A program made the position numbers and the translations under genes. A stretch of DNA of 63,950 bases, filler included, from Octopus bimaculoides (Eukaryota): NCBI RefSeq assembly GCF_001194135.2. It is 5 parts of 5 records of this genome, joined end to end, with 100 filler letters (N's around TTAATTAATTAA, not from the genome) between each part and the next. Parts side by side here need not be neighbours in the genome. Positions count along the whole stretch, not along the records: positions 50,144 to 56,121 come from NC_068992.1; positions 56,222 to 62,659 come from NC_068987.1; positions 62,760 to 63,950 come from NW_026331964.1; 2 more parts are not named here. One strand, 5' to 3'. The first letter of the stretch is position 1, and each line of letters opens with the position of its first letter. Shown piece by piece: positions 53,745-63,950 of the stretch. The notes under the pieces were generated by a model. The model saw nothing but the letters and a program-made list of their open reading frames with translations, ran no database searches and was not told the origin of the DNA.

Positions 53745-54985
53745 AACACCAATTTTCGTATTTTCCAAGGTAACTCACTTTCACCTCAAATGATTTGCAT
53801 AGCTCTAACTCTCCTTACAAATGAACTTAACAGAAGAGGATATGGGTATAAAACGGACAATGAAGAAATAAGCCATCTATATTAAATGGATGAGTTAAAA
53901 TTCTATCGAGGTGGAGTTTGGTGTTCCAGAAAGGGAAATTGAAGATCTCAAGTTCATTCGTGTTAGATGTTGATAGTTATAAAAGAAATTGATCAAGAAC
54001 AAACTTATAGATATCTAGGAATATATGGAGGCTCTGGCATTCAGCATACAAGCATGAAAGAGAAGATCAGGAAAGAATGTTGCAGGAGAGTTCGAGCAGT
54101 CCGGAAATCTTAGCTAAATGCACATAACAAGGCATTAGCCATAAATTCCATAGCTGTTCCTGTTGTAACATAAAGCTTCAATGTATTGAATTGTAAAATG
54201 AGAGAAAAGAAAAGAATATTGACAGATAAATACGTAAGTTACTAGTTGTAATAATATTCAACACACAAAGGCATATGTGGATCGTCTTTGCCTTCGTAGA
54301 AACGAAGGAATTCGAGGCTTGATCCAAATGGAACTCTTTTAGAAAACCACCCCATGTGGACAAGCCGAATATTTTGAAACAACTAAAAACTGGATGAAAA
54401 GCACGGAAGGCAGAAGAAGTTTCATTCTGTGATAAAAGAGGGCAAAATTTTGCTATTGATTTCATATATGATACCCAGGCTTAAAAACTTGGGGGAAGTG
54501 CGGCAGCCGTTGCTGTAAAGAAGGTAAAGTTCATGTCATGGAAAAAAAAGTTTTAGCATCAGTGGAGTATAAATCAAAGACATGACAGAGGTGGCCAATA
54601 TCTACATTGGTTAATAAGTCGGCATTATAAAATCAAAACTATCGACAAGTCATATAATCACGACCCTCAGACTGGAACTGAGGGAAACAATGTAAGAATT
54701 GTTTGGGACTTTTCACTACATACAGATAGAACCAACAAAGTTAATAAGCCGGATATTGTTGCAAAAGACAGAAACAATAACTTAGAAAATTACTATTTTT
54801 AAATCTCACAACGCGAGATATTCAACAACAGTACTTTGGAGTAAAGATTGTTTGCCAACATAACATGGCAGTCAAAGAATTGAAAATTATTTCAGAATAA
54901 TCCATGGCTTACCGACCATGCAAGAGTTTGGAAATATTGTTTCAACTGGTGCGTCACATGTATTGAGAAGAGCATCGTCGTTGTG
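53745..54985 (+). mobile_element. Second, internally deleted copy of the same LINE family
   Basis: FQGNSLSP..IAL and SHLY-MDELKFY RT motifs. DNA-level similarity to 52150-52320 and 52970-53460 (ctggcattcagcat..gaaagagaagat; catgacagag; gtattgagaagagcat). Confidence 0.85.
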
Positions 54986-55257
54986 GGAACAATTACTACT
55001 CATGTAAATTTTTCTTTTTGTTACATAACTTCATTACACAATCTGGTGTGTTTAATTTTAATGGCCTATCAATGTAACGTATGCAACAAGTTTCTTTGCT
55101 CTAGGAGTTGGGAAGAAACTACACGTGAAATGGAAATTGAAAGAAGAAAATCTACTACTACTACTAATAGTAATAATAATAATAATAATAATGACGACTT
55201 GAAGTGGGAAATAACGTAGGTTGAATGGAATAAGGAGAGTGGATGTGATAGCAGTAG

Positions 55258-55402
55258 TAATTAGGTGTAGTAACTAGCGTGCTTGGAAATATCTGTATTC
55301 AACTACCAGCGCGGCTGACAAAAATGGTAGAAATTTAAAGATAGAACACCTACAAAAATCATTATTACTTGGAACTGCAAGAGTTTTAGCAGGCTTCTTT
55401 AA
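55258..55402 (+). mobile_element. 3' coding end of another RLE LINE
   Basis: gtagtaactagcgtgcttgga...atagaacacctacaaaaatcattattacttggaactgcaagagtttta, which resembles the VIG.LG...LQK..LLGTARIL C-terminus. Confidence 0.5.
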
Positions 55403-55619
55403 GTATGATCAGTAAACAAGTGCCCACCGGAAAGTCTTTGGTCGGCCTGACGCTGCAGTAGGGCACACTTGCCCAAGGTACCACGCAGTAGGGCTAAATT
55501 TGAAATCTTACCTTTGGGAAGAGAAACTTCCTACCACACAACCAAGTGTGCCCCTATCCGAACAGCCGCGCCTGTTTCTATATATGTATAATATATATAT
55601 ATATATATATATAATATAA

Positions 55620-56121
55620 ATAATACATAAATATATGAATATATCCATACATATATGTACATACCTACATCTATATGTATACATACATGCATATATGGGT
55701 ACAGGACATCACAAAAAAAGGTTAAAGATAATGAGAAACGAAAACATAAAGACGAAGACAGAAAACGAACTTTTTTCGGACAACGAAAAAAGACAGAGAA
55801 TTGAGACATGCAACATAAAGAATATTTCCCTTCATAAGTTGGCCCTGTTCCATTTACTCCGCGTTTCGTTGCATTCAAAACGTGGAGTAGATGGAACAGG
55901 GACAACTGAAGAAGGGAAATATTCTTTATGTTGCATGTCTCGTTTCTCTGTTTGTTTTTTTTTTTGTTGTTCGAAAAAAAGTTCGCATTTTGTATTCGTC
56001 TTTATATCTTCGTTTCTCATTATCTTTAACCTATTTTTGTGATGTCCTGTACCTATATATGCATGTATGTATACATATAGATGTAAGTATGTACATATAT
56101 GTATGGATATATGCATATATT
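55620..56121. repeat. ~250-bp-arm inverted repeat of an interspersed repeat (related copy at 22522-22730)
   Basis: 55620-55868 is the reverse complement of 55876-56121 with scattered substitutions and a spacer of about 7 nt. Confidence 0.9.
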
Positions 56122-56222
56122 NNNNNNNNNNNNNNNNNNNNNNNNNNNNNNNNNNNNNNNNNNNNTTAATTAATTAANNNNNNNNNNNNNNNNNNNNNNN
56201 NNNNNNNNNNNNNNNNNNNNNG

Positions 56223-57647
56223 AGCATTCGTCCAGCTAAGAAAGACACAGCTGAAGAGAAGAGGCCTACAGACAGAGACAGTCGTCTGTATAAAGGAGAC
56301 AGCTTTGATATAAAGGAAAGTGAAATAATTACAAAAGAAAGCATTCAGCCAGCCAAGAAAGACACAGCTGAAGAGAAGAGGCCTACAGAGAGAGACACTC
56401 GTCCGTATAAAGGAGACAGCTTTGATATAAATGAAAGTGAAATAATCACAAAAGACGGCATTCAGCCAGCCAAGAAAGACACAGCTGAAGAGAAGAGGCC
56501 TACAGACAGAGACAGTCGTCTGTATAAAGGGGACAGCTTTGAAATAAAGGAAAGTGAGATAATCACAAAAGAGGGCATTCGTCCACCTAAGAAAGACACA
56601 GGTGTAGAGAATAGGCCTACAGAGGGGGACAGTCGCCTATCTAAATTGTACAATGCTGAAGTAAAGGAAGACAACAGGCCTGCTGATTCTTATAAATTAG
56701 GTGACAATAAATCGGTAAAAGATGAAAGTCGTGATATCTGTGTGAGTAAATCTTCGTCCAATGATGACAGCATGGAAAGAGAAATAAAACAGATAAGAAA
56801 TTCGTCAAGAGAGAATACACTTAGCACTACTACGAGAGATAATAATTCAGTCCTGAGGGATAGTGCTCTAAGAAAGGTAGACAGTTATGAGACATTGTTG
56901 TTTCCGCAAGAAATTGATGACAATAAATTTGTAAATGAAACCGGTAGGAATGAATTGAAGAAAGATAAATATCCGACAGTCGAAGATATTTATATTTCTG
57001 GAGTGAACAGGCACGAAACTATGATAGATAATTGTCCAACGGATGTAGACAGTTATCTATCAGAAATCACTTCCTTTACAGACAAACAAGGCCATGCGGT
57101 TAAGAGTGGACCTATGACCTCGTCTGTAATAGACAGCTTTGAAATAAAGCCTTCTAAAAAGGAAGAAGTTTCACCATCTGACGTGGACAGATTTGAAACT
57201 AGTACGCATGCTCAGCTATCAACTGAAGGAAGTCGCATTTTTAGGGTTAGCAGTTATGAGCCGGGCGCTGAATTAGAATGGGTTTCTGTTGATGATAATA
57301 TCTCCTATGAAACAACGAACGACAAAACTTCAGGATATGAGGAAATTTATGCATCAAAAGAAGATAGGAAGGAAACAAATCTAGAAGACGACTTTTTCTC
57401 TCAGATGGAAGGCCATGGTTTAAATAAAGACACTTTGAGACGAACTGAAGAAGACTTTTATCTACGAAGAGGAAGGAATGTCTGTACCAAGAGCAAAGTA
57501 TATGACATTGAGGAGAACAGAGAACCATATCAAATAAATGACACAGAGGATAGTCTGGAAGACATAGTTAAGATCCAAAGTGACCAGGTAGAAGACAGCA
57601 GATACGAAAGACCTCTTACTGACGATGAACATCAAATTCATTACAAG
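56223..57647 (+). CDS. Large internal coding exon (5' end lost in a gap) of an unidentified gene; acidic, probably disordered protein region with 39-aa tandem repeats
   Basis: Stop-free frame from the gap edge (56223) to 57722; the ORF track shows only the 56646-57722 part. Three full 117-bp units (SIRPAKKDTAEEKRPTDRDSRLYKGDSFDIKESEIITKE) plus a partial fourth, with no frameshifts. Donor AAG|GTAAGG at 57647/57648 (phase 0). Composition is purine-rich and free of microsatellites, unlike the flanks. Confidence 0.85.
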
Positions 57648-57921
57648 GTAAGGATTGAAAAGCAAATTGCATTTTTTTTATTCCTAGAGAAAGAGATAGC
57701 GAGAGATAAAGAAGGGAGATAATGGAGGAAGTTGTTATTAGAGAGTTGGTTATTGCTGTTGTTGCTAGGTAGAGTTGGTTGTTGGATGGAGGAGTTAGTT
57801 GTGTTAGGTAGCTGTGGTAACCCGATGCATTAAGCCAACCAAACAAGAAATCAAAGTGTAAAAAAGCCGGAGCAAATTTCGCAGGGAATGTCTTCCAACA
57901 TACATATGTATATATATATAC

Positions 57922-57961
<40 letters not shown>

Positions 57962-58785
57962 NNNNNNNNNNNNNNNNNNNNNNNNNNNNNNNNNNNNNNN
58001 NNNNNNNNNNNNNNNNNNNNNNNNNNNNNNNNNNNNNNNNNNNNNNNNNNNNNNNNATATATATAATTGACGAAAACAGTATTAATACCAAAAGGTATTC
58101 TTTATATCCTACTTAACATGGATGTCTTGTGAGAACAACAAATATTGAGCTTTTTGCTTATAGTGACCCTCTCATAGAGGCATTTTGTGCGTAAAAGCAC
58201 ACATAGATCATGGCTTCTCTCCATTACTATCTCTAGACTAGACAAACTTACGGGAAAATTAGAATACAGCCCAACGAAGTATCAAAAACATCCGTTAAGT
58301 ATACGATGCATCCGCTGCATATAGTGCTCTGTTGCATTTTGAAATGGTGCCTGGTTACAACATAGCGTAGTGGGCTTTAGGACTCGTTTGTGTATGTGTA
58401 CCTGTACATGTATGTGTACGTGTATAAGTGTACGCGTGTATGTGTCTATATATGTGTTTATCTGTTTGTAAATGTGTCTGTGTGTGTCTAAGTGTTTGTG
58501 ATTGTGTATGTAATTGTGTGTATGTATGTATGTATGTCTGTTGTAGGTATCTATATGTGTATGTATCTATTTTTGAATGTGTATGTGCTTGACTGTGTCT
58601 ATGACGTTCAGTGTGTGCCAATGTATATGTCTGTACATGTATCTGCGTGTGTATGCGTTTGTGTTTGTGTGTTTGTCTGTCTATCCCTTTATGTATATGT
58701 ATGTGTATGTACGTCTGTGTATGTCTCTGTGTGTGTATTTGTCTGTACGTATATGTATGTGTGTGCTTTATTTGTCTTACTATAG

Positions 58786-58836
58786 AGGCAAGGTAACACC
58801 GGCGGCAAGATACGAGACCATCGAATCTTCGGACGA
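58786..58836 (+). CDS. Candidate 51-nt phase-0 exon (RQGNTGGKIRDHRIFGR)
   Basis: Acceptor tttatttgtcttactatAG and donor CGA|GTAACA (moderate). Length is a multiple of 3, open in phase 0, and lies between two better-supported exons. Confidence 0.4.
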
Positions 58837-59041
58837 GTAACAGCCTAAGGGTTAATGTGGTTTTATAGATATGGGTGTCGTTGGTGGAGAGCAGAAAGTA
58901 GTGTTGGTTGTGATGCAGCTGGGTACGGTGCTGGTGCTAGTGCTGGTGCTGGTGCTGGTGCTGATATTGGTGTTGATACTGGTGGTGGCGACGCTGGTAC
59001 ATAAACAAAACTGTTTTGTGCCAATATTTGCTAAAGTAAAA

Positions 59042-59260
59042 TGGCGGAGAGCTAGCAGAATCACGTCGGACAAAAATACTTAACGGTATATCTTCCGGCT
59101 TTACGTTTTGAGTTCAATTCTGCCGCGGTCGACTTTGTCTTTCATCCTTTTGGAGTGGATAAAATAAGTACTAGTTGACCTCTGGAATCGATGTAATCGA
59201 TTAGCTCCACCATCATCACCAAAATTTTGGGTCTTGTGCCTACAGTAGAAAGAATTATTT
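59042..59260 (+). mobile_element. SINE family D
   Basis: Head, core and tail; ends about 55 bp upstream of the 59315 exon. Confidence 0.8.
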
Positions 59261-59314
59261 GCTAAAGCAGCTGTTACTGTTCTGGTAACGATGGAAAATC
59301 TGTATTCATTGCAG

Positions 59315-59368
59315 AGGGAAGCTGTTACATTCGAGAACTACAAGAGTATTACAAGCGACATTGAAGAG
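59315..59368 (+). CDS. 54-nt phase-0 exon (REAVTFENYKSITSDIEE)
   Basis: Acceptor tgtattcattgCAG, consensus donor GAG|GTAAGT, 18 open codons, phase-compatible with the 57647 donor. Confidence 0.7.
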
Positions 59369-59717
59369 GTAAGTAAGAATGAAGTGGCCGAGTATTCCAT
59401 AAATAAGAGAATCATCGAGCATAATCAACGTTGCACTGTGTGTGACAATGCTGAACCTTGGGATTATGGATACAGAGCAATCGATCGTGTTCCGCACTGC
59501 TTCCGCCTATTGAGTTTCATTCTCTGGACATGGGTTGACTCGACTCTATAGTACTGTGCAAAGGGATTGAACCTGGTGCATTATGTTTGCGAAGCGAATT
59601 TCTTGAACGCTTAGGTATGCATCTGCATGAACAGAGCGTGTGTGTTTGAGAATGTGCGCTCGCGTGTGTATATATGTGTGTATTGTGTACGTTTATAAAC
59701 TTTTATGCACATACAGA

Positions 59718-60180
59718 CACCGGCGTTGCTGTATGTTAAGCTTGCTACCCAACCACATTGTCCCGGTTTCAATTCCTTTGCGTAGCACCTTGGGCAAGTA
59801 TCATCTACTAGAGCCCCGGGCCGACCAAAGACTTGTGAGTGGTTCTGGCAGGCGGAAACTGGAAGAAGCCCGTCGTGTGTGTGTGTGTGTGCGTGCGAGT
59901 ATGTGTGTGTTTGTGTGCGTGCGTGTGTGTGTGTGTGTGTGCGTGTGTATGTATGTGTGTGTGTGAGTGTATTTGTATTTGTGCTTGTCTCCCACAACAG
60001 CTTGGCAACCGGCGTTGGTTTGTTTACGTTCCCATAACTTAGCGGTTCGGCAAAAGAGATCGATAAAATAAGTACGAGGTTCAAATAGGTACTTGAGTTG
60101 ATTCGTGCGACTAAAACCCTTCAAGGTGGTGCCCCAGCATAGCCACAGTGCAATGACTAAGACGAGTAAAAGATAAAAGA
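59718..60180 (+). mobile_element. SINE family B
   Basis: Same modules, with an expanded (TG)n centre. Confidence 0.85.
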
Positions 60181-60189
60181 TATATGAAT

Positions 60190-60345
60190 GATTATCTTTG
60201 GTATGAGATCCTGGAAGAATGCCATCGAGCAACCTGTGTATAACTTATCCATCACATTCAAGTAAGCTATAGGCCTGTATTTTTTAACCCTATGCGTCTT
60301 TTGGTTTTCGGATACTAGTGTTGTACGTGCAACTGCCAACCAGTA
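60190..60345 (-). mobile_element. RLE LINE RT N-terminal fragment
   Basis: ARTTLVSENQKTHRVKKYRPIAYLNVMDKLYTG matches the G.T.LIPK...YRPI.CL...YKL.T motif. Confidence 0.7.
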
Positions 60346-60520
60346 GAGTATACCAAGCTAATTGTTCGTTGTTCTTATGAACAGGTTAACGAGGGCTATC
60401 CCGTAAAATGTAAGCCTTCTCTATCAGTGACCGATTATCAATCGTCTCCCGGCTGACTACCCATTTGGTAGTTTTGCGACAACCGTCAGAATAGATTCAC
60501 TGTTAATGTAAGTTTTGGGA

Positions 60521-60735
60521 AAGGCGGCGAGCTGGCAGAATCGTTAGCACACCGAGCAGAATGTTTAGCAGCATTTCATCCGTTTTTATGTTCTGAATTC
60601 AAATGCAGTCGAGATCGACTTTGCCTTTCATCTTTTCGGTGTCGATAAAATAAGTATCAGTTGAGTACTGGGAATGATGTAAGCGATTTACCCACTCTCT
60701 CGAAAGTTCCGGCGATGTACCAAAATTTGAAACCA
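60521..60735 (+). mobile_element. SINE family D
   Basis: Head, core and tail. Confidence 0.82.
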
Positions 60736-60831
60736 ACAAAAGTTTTGGGAGAGGTCTGAGCACAGTACTGTAGTTCATCTAACCACATAGTATCGCAGTT
60801 GTGTTTGTTTACATTCCAGGACCTTCTACCT

Positions 60832-61370
60832 CAGTGGTTCTCAACCGGGGTCCATTTGGCCCTTAGATGTTCATATAAAATTTTGTTATAATTTATGAGC
60901 AATATATTGGTTATACTTCTACAATACACAAAATATTTTGACAATTTTTTTAATACAATTTGGTTGATTTTATACGATTTGGTTGATTTCTGTAGTTATT
61001 ATCAGTGTATTTTGGCGAATTAAATAAGAGTTTTGACTGTTATTTCCAGCAGGTAGACATACTTAGTTTGTCCTTTGATTAATCTTAATCCTTCAGCTAT
61101 TTAATGCTTTTTAGGGGCCTGCAATCACCTATATTATTGATTTTGTTATTATCATTTTTAAATTGTTACACTAGATATTAATAGGATCAATGATATCTTC
61201 GCAAATTATTTTCTCGTTGATTATTTGCTCCGTATTTATACAATTCCTAATAATATTTAATTATAAAAATACAATAGGATTCTTTTTAGCATTAAATGAC
61301 TATGGGGGAACCAGTAGGGTGAAATAGGAACCGAAGGAGTCCACAGGTGAAAATTGGTTGAGAAACACTG
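60832..61370 (+). mobile_element. hAT/Charlie-like MITE, long form
   Basis: TIR cagtggttctcaacc / ggttgagaaacactg (14 of 15 match); no clear TSD. Confidence 0.8.
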
Positions 61371-62460
61371 TTGAAGGTCATCCTGGAAAGACGCTTTTAC
61401 GAAGCTGGAGGTGTGGCCTTTCATACTCTGGTATAGTGTTTATGTGATGTCTTCCACAAATAGCTGACATAATCAATATTTTCGGTTGCATCTTGGGGAA
61501 TCCAATGACTTCGCTGCCTCTTTTCTTTATTAGGTATTTTATAGTAATCCCTTGCTATTAGACAGCAAATGCATAACCTTCGAAGTATGATATGATGTAA
61601 TGGGCACGAGCTCAAGAAAGGATGCACTTCATGTCGATATTAATGTCATTTCAAGTCTTGGGGAAACATACACATGCATAGTCTTGCAGTTATTTTTCTT
61701 TCTTAGTCTACTGAGTTTCACATTCAAGTCTTGTTTAAGGTGTGTTAGTCCCGCTTCTATGGAGTTGTAAGTGATATCACCATAGAGTACCTCCTGAAAA
61801 GCTCACTGCCGACTCGTAGGTTGTTGTTCACTTTTCACTAAGAGTAAATATTTATTTTTGCTGCTGTTACTTAGCGGATGTTGTCTGAGAGATACTATAC
61901 GATATTCGAAGGTTAACTGCACTGATCTATTTCCATTATTTCTTCCTAGACAGAGACTATCAATATATCTGTTTTTGTGGAAGTTTCCAGTTAATGTCAG
62001 CATCTTGTGAATTTTAATGTCTATAGAGTGGATTTTCTCTACTGATCAGCCAAATATCCCAAGTGCTGGAATTAGCACTGGCACTGCGAAATATATCGTG
62101 GGATATTGTCTTGTTGTAAGAAGAAAGTTCCGACTGCCATACTTTTTCTAAATTTGGTGAAATATGCTCGGGTCACTCTATGTTTATTCACAACACCTTC
62201 ATCTACGTAAGCATACATGAATGTATGTATGTATGTATGTTTGTATGTATGCATACAAGTATGCAGGCATGTATGTATGCATACATGCATGTATATATGT
62301 ATGTATGCATGCATGCATGTATGTATGTATATATGCGTGTATGTATGTATGTATGTGTGTGTGTATGCATGCAGGTATGTATGTATGCATGTGAAGACAA
62401 AGACACAAAGGAAAAGAGAGATGCGGGATGAGAAAGAAAAAAGAAACAAACCAACATACA

Positions 62461-62508
<48 letters not shown>

Positions 62509-62565
62509 ATATAGTGTAACCAGACTAATAACTAACTAATATCTTCTTTTCGCCTTTGAAATCAG

Positions 62566-62628
62566 ATGAACTTTGAAGATGCTCTTGAAGGCTGGGAGGA
62601 ATTCGCTCAATCGATACGAATGCGAAGG
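62566..62628 (+). CDS. 63-nt phase-0 exon (MNFEDALEGWEEFAQSIRMRR)
   Basis: Branch-like CTAAC at about 62532, pyrimidine tract, CAG acceptor, consensus donor AGG|GTAAGT, 21 open codons with protein-like composition. Confidence 0.75.
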
Positions 62629-63950
62629 GTAAGTTATGGTCATAAGCTTCAATCACTTGNNNNNNNNNNNNNNNNNNNNNNNNNNNNNNNNNNNNNNNNN
62701 NNNTTAATTAATTAANNNNNNNNNNNNNNNNNNNNNNNNNNNNNNNNNNNNNNNNNNNNAGCCGAAATTTCTGACCTCTTATTTCTCCCAGTTGTGTGGA
62801 AGACAGCTGAAAACAAAAACACCTGTCGGTCTGTCTGTAATAAGAAGGTCGAGTTGGTGTCCAAAGTCAAGGAAGTATCCAACGTTTCTCCCTTGTGCGC
62901 AGTGCGGAACGTACTTACCCAAGTTCTGGAGATATTTTGAGGACATGGTAGATCCTGAGGACGGCCGTTTCCCAACAATAGTCTAGTTGATATTTGAAAA
63001 TACATTTATTTTTGGATTGGATATCTTGTTTACTTTTCCTTTTATACAAAATGTCAAATTTTGTCCGAAGATCCCGTATATATATTAATTTCCGTATACA
63101 GTATTATAGATCCATTTCAGCTGATGCTACCAATCAGTTTCACAATGGCTATTGTAGAACACTGTCACAAAACTTTTGATTGTTTTTGTTTTTTTCTTTC
63201 AGACTTTGCTATTGTGACCTGGATGTTAATTTTTCAAAACTGACCTATTTTCCATTACATTTCAGACAGATTCATTGCTAAGTTGCAAAAGTAGAAATAT
63301 GTTTATAGCAAATTTTCTGCTCAATACCACAAATTTGCTTACAACTTGCTTGACTTTAACCCCTTGGTTGATTATCTCTTATGCTAAGCAGAAGTAGTGG
63401 GGGGCGTCATAGCCATGTGTTGAGAAGGATTGTTTGGGTTTGTATAAATGTAACAAAAGCAAATTTTGAAGGAAATATTGGTCATGTTTCATACTTTCTA
63501 GGTGTAAGGAAATGACAGTTGCTAACCAAGGACAAAAATCGTGTTTGACAGTGTAATCGGATATTGGATAACAATGTGGTTAAGTAACATCACGTGTTCT
63601 TCAGATCAGGCAGGTTTGGAAAACAAAATACTGCTGACTGTTAATGCGGCGGAAAATGTAACATCAGGTTTAGGGATGCTGTGGAAAAAAAAAACCAGGA
63701 AACGATTTCGTGGGGGGTGAAATGAAGGTCCTTTCAAAACCAGATTCAATAATTATAACCCTTTCTTAAGTATCCAAGGGAATCGCAATATCAGAGTCCG
63801 AGATAGGCATGTGTGACTGTTAAAGAAAATACATTACAGCGTACTTTAAATGAAAAACAAACCTGGAGATCTGCGAGCCTCCTTGTAATAGGAGAAACTA
63901 GTGATTATATTTAGCCATGAATAGAATCAAGTCAGAATATCTCAGCACAC

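Noticed and set aside
57648-57722. ORF continuation VRIEKQIAFFLF...
   Set aside because: It follows a good donor and shifts to intron-like composition; more likely intron read-through, though an alternative terminal extension is not excluded.
61740-61766. Possible extra exon with donor GTT|GTAAGT
   Set aside because: The two better acceptors give an in-frame TAG in phase 0; only a weak acceptor yields an open 18-nt exon.

Overview
Eukaryotic, AT-rich, microsatellite-saturated draft-assembly sequence with many N gaps. The SINE families and repeat load look like an octopus (coleoid cephalopod); this is recalled from memory, not searched. Most of the window reads as intronic or intergenic DNA. 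It carries at least five tRNA-head SINE or SINE-like families, several MITEs (hAT-type with 8-bp TSDs, piggyBac-type with TTAA), a decayed Hsmar1-like mariner, a CR1-type LINE fragment, a cluster of R4/Dong-like RLE LINE fragments (45-55 kb and 60 kb) and a truncated tRNA-Leu. The only convincing host coding sequence is on the + strand near the end. It is a large acidic, low-complexity exon of at least 475 codons (56223-57647) that begins with 117-bp/39-aa tandem repeats, followed by small phase-0 exons at 59315, 62566 and possibly 58786. I cannot name the gene. Nearly all other ORF-track entries are microsatellite or N-gap artefacts. No CRISPR, rRNA or prokaryotic system is present, and I found no clearly novel biological system. 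The best leads are the repeat-exon gene, a possible self-targeting Dong-like LINE array, long inverted repeats that could form dsRNA, and a composite fold-back element.
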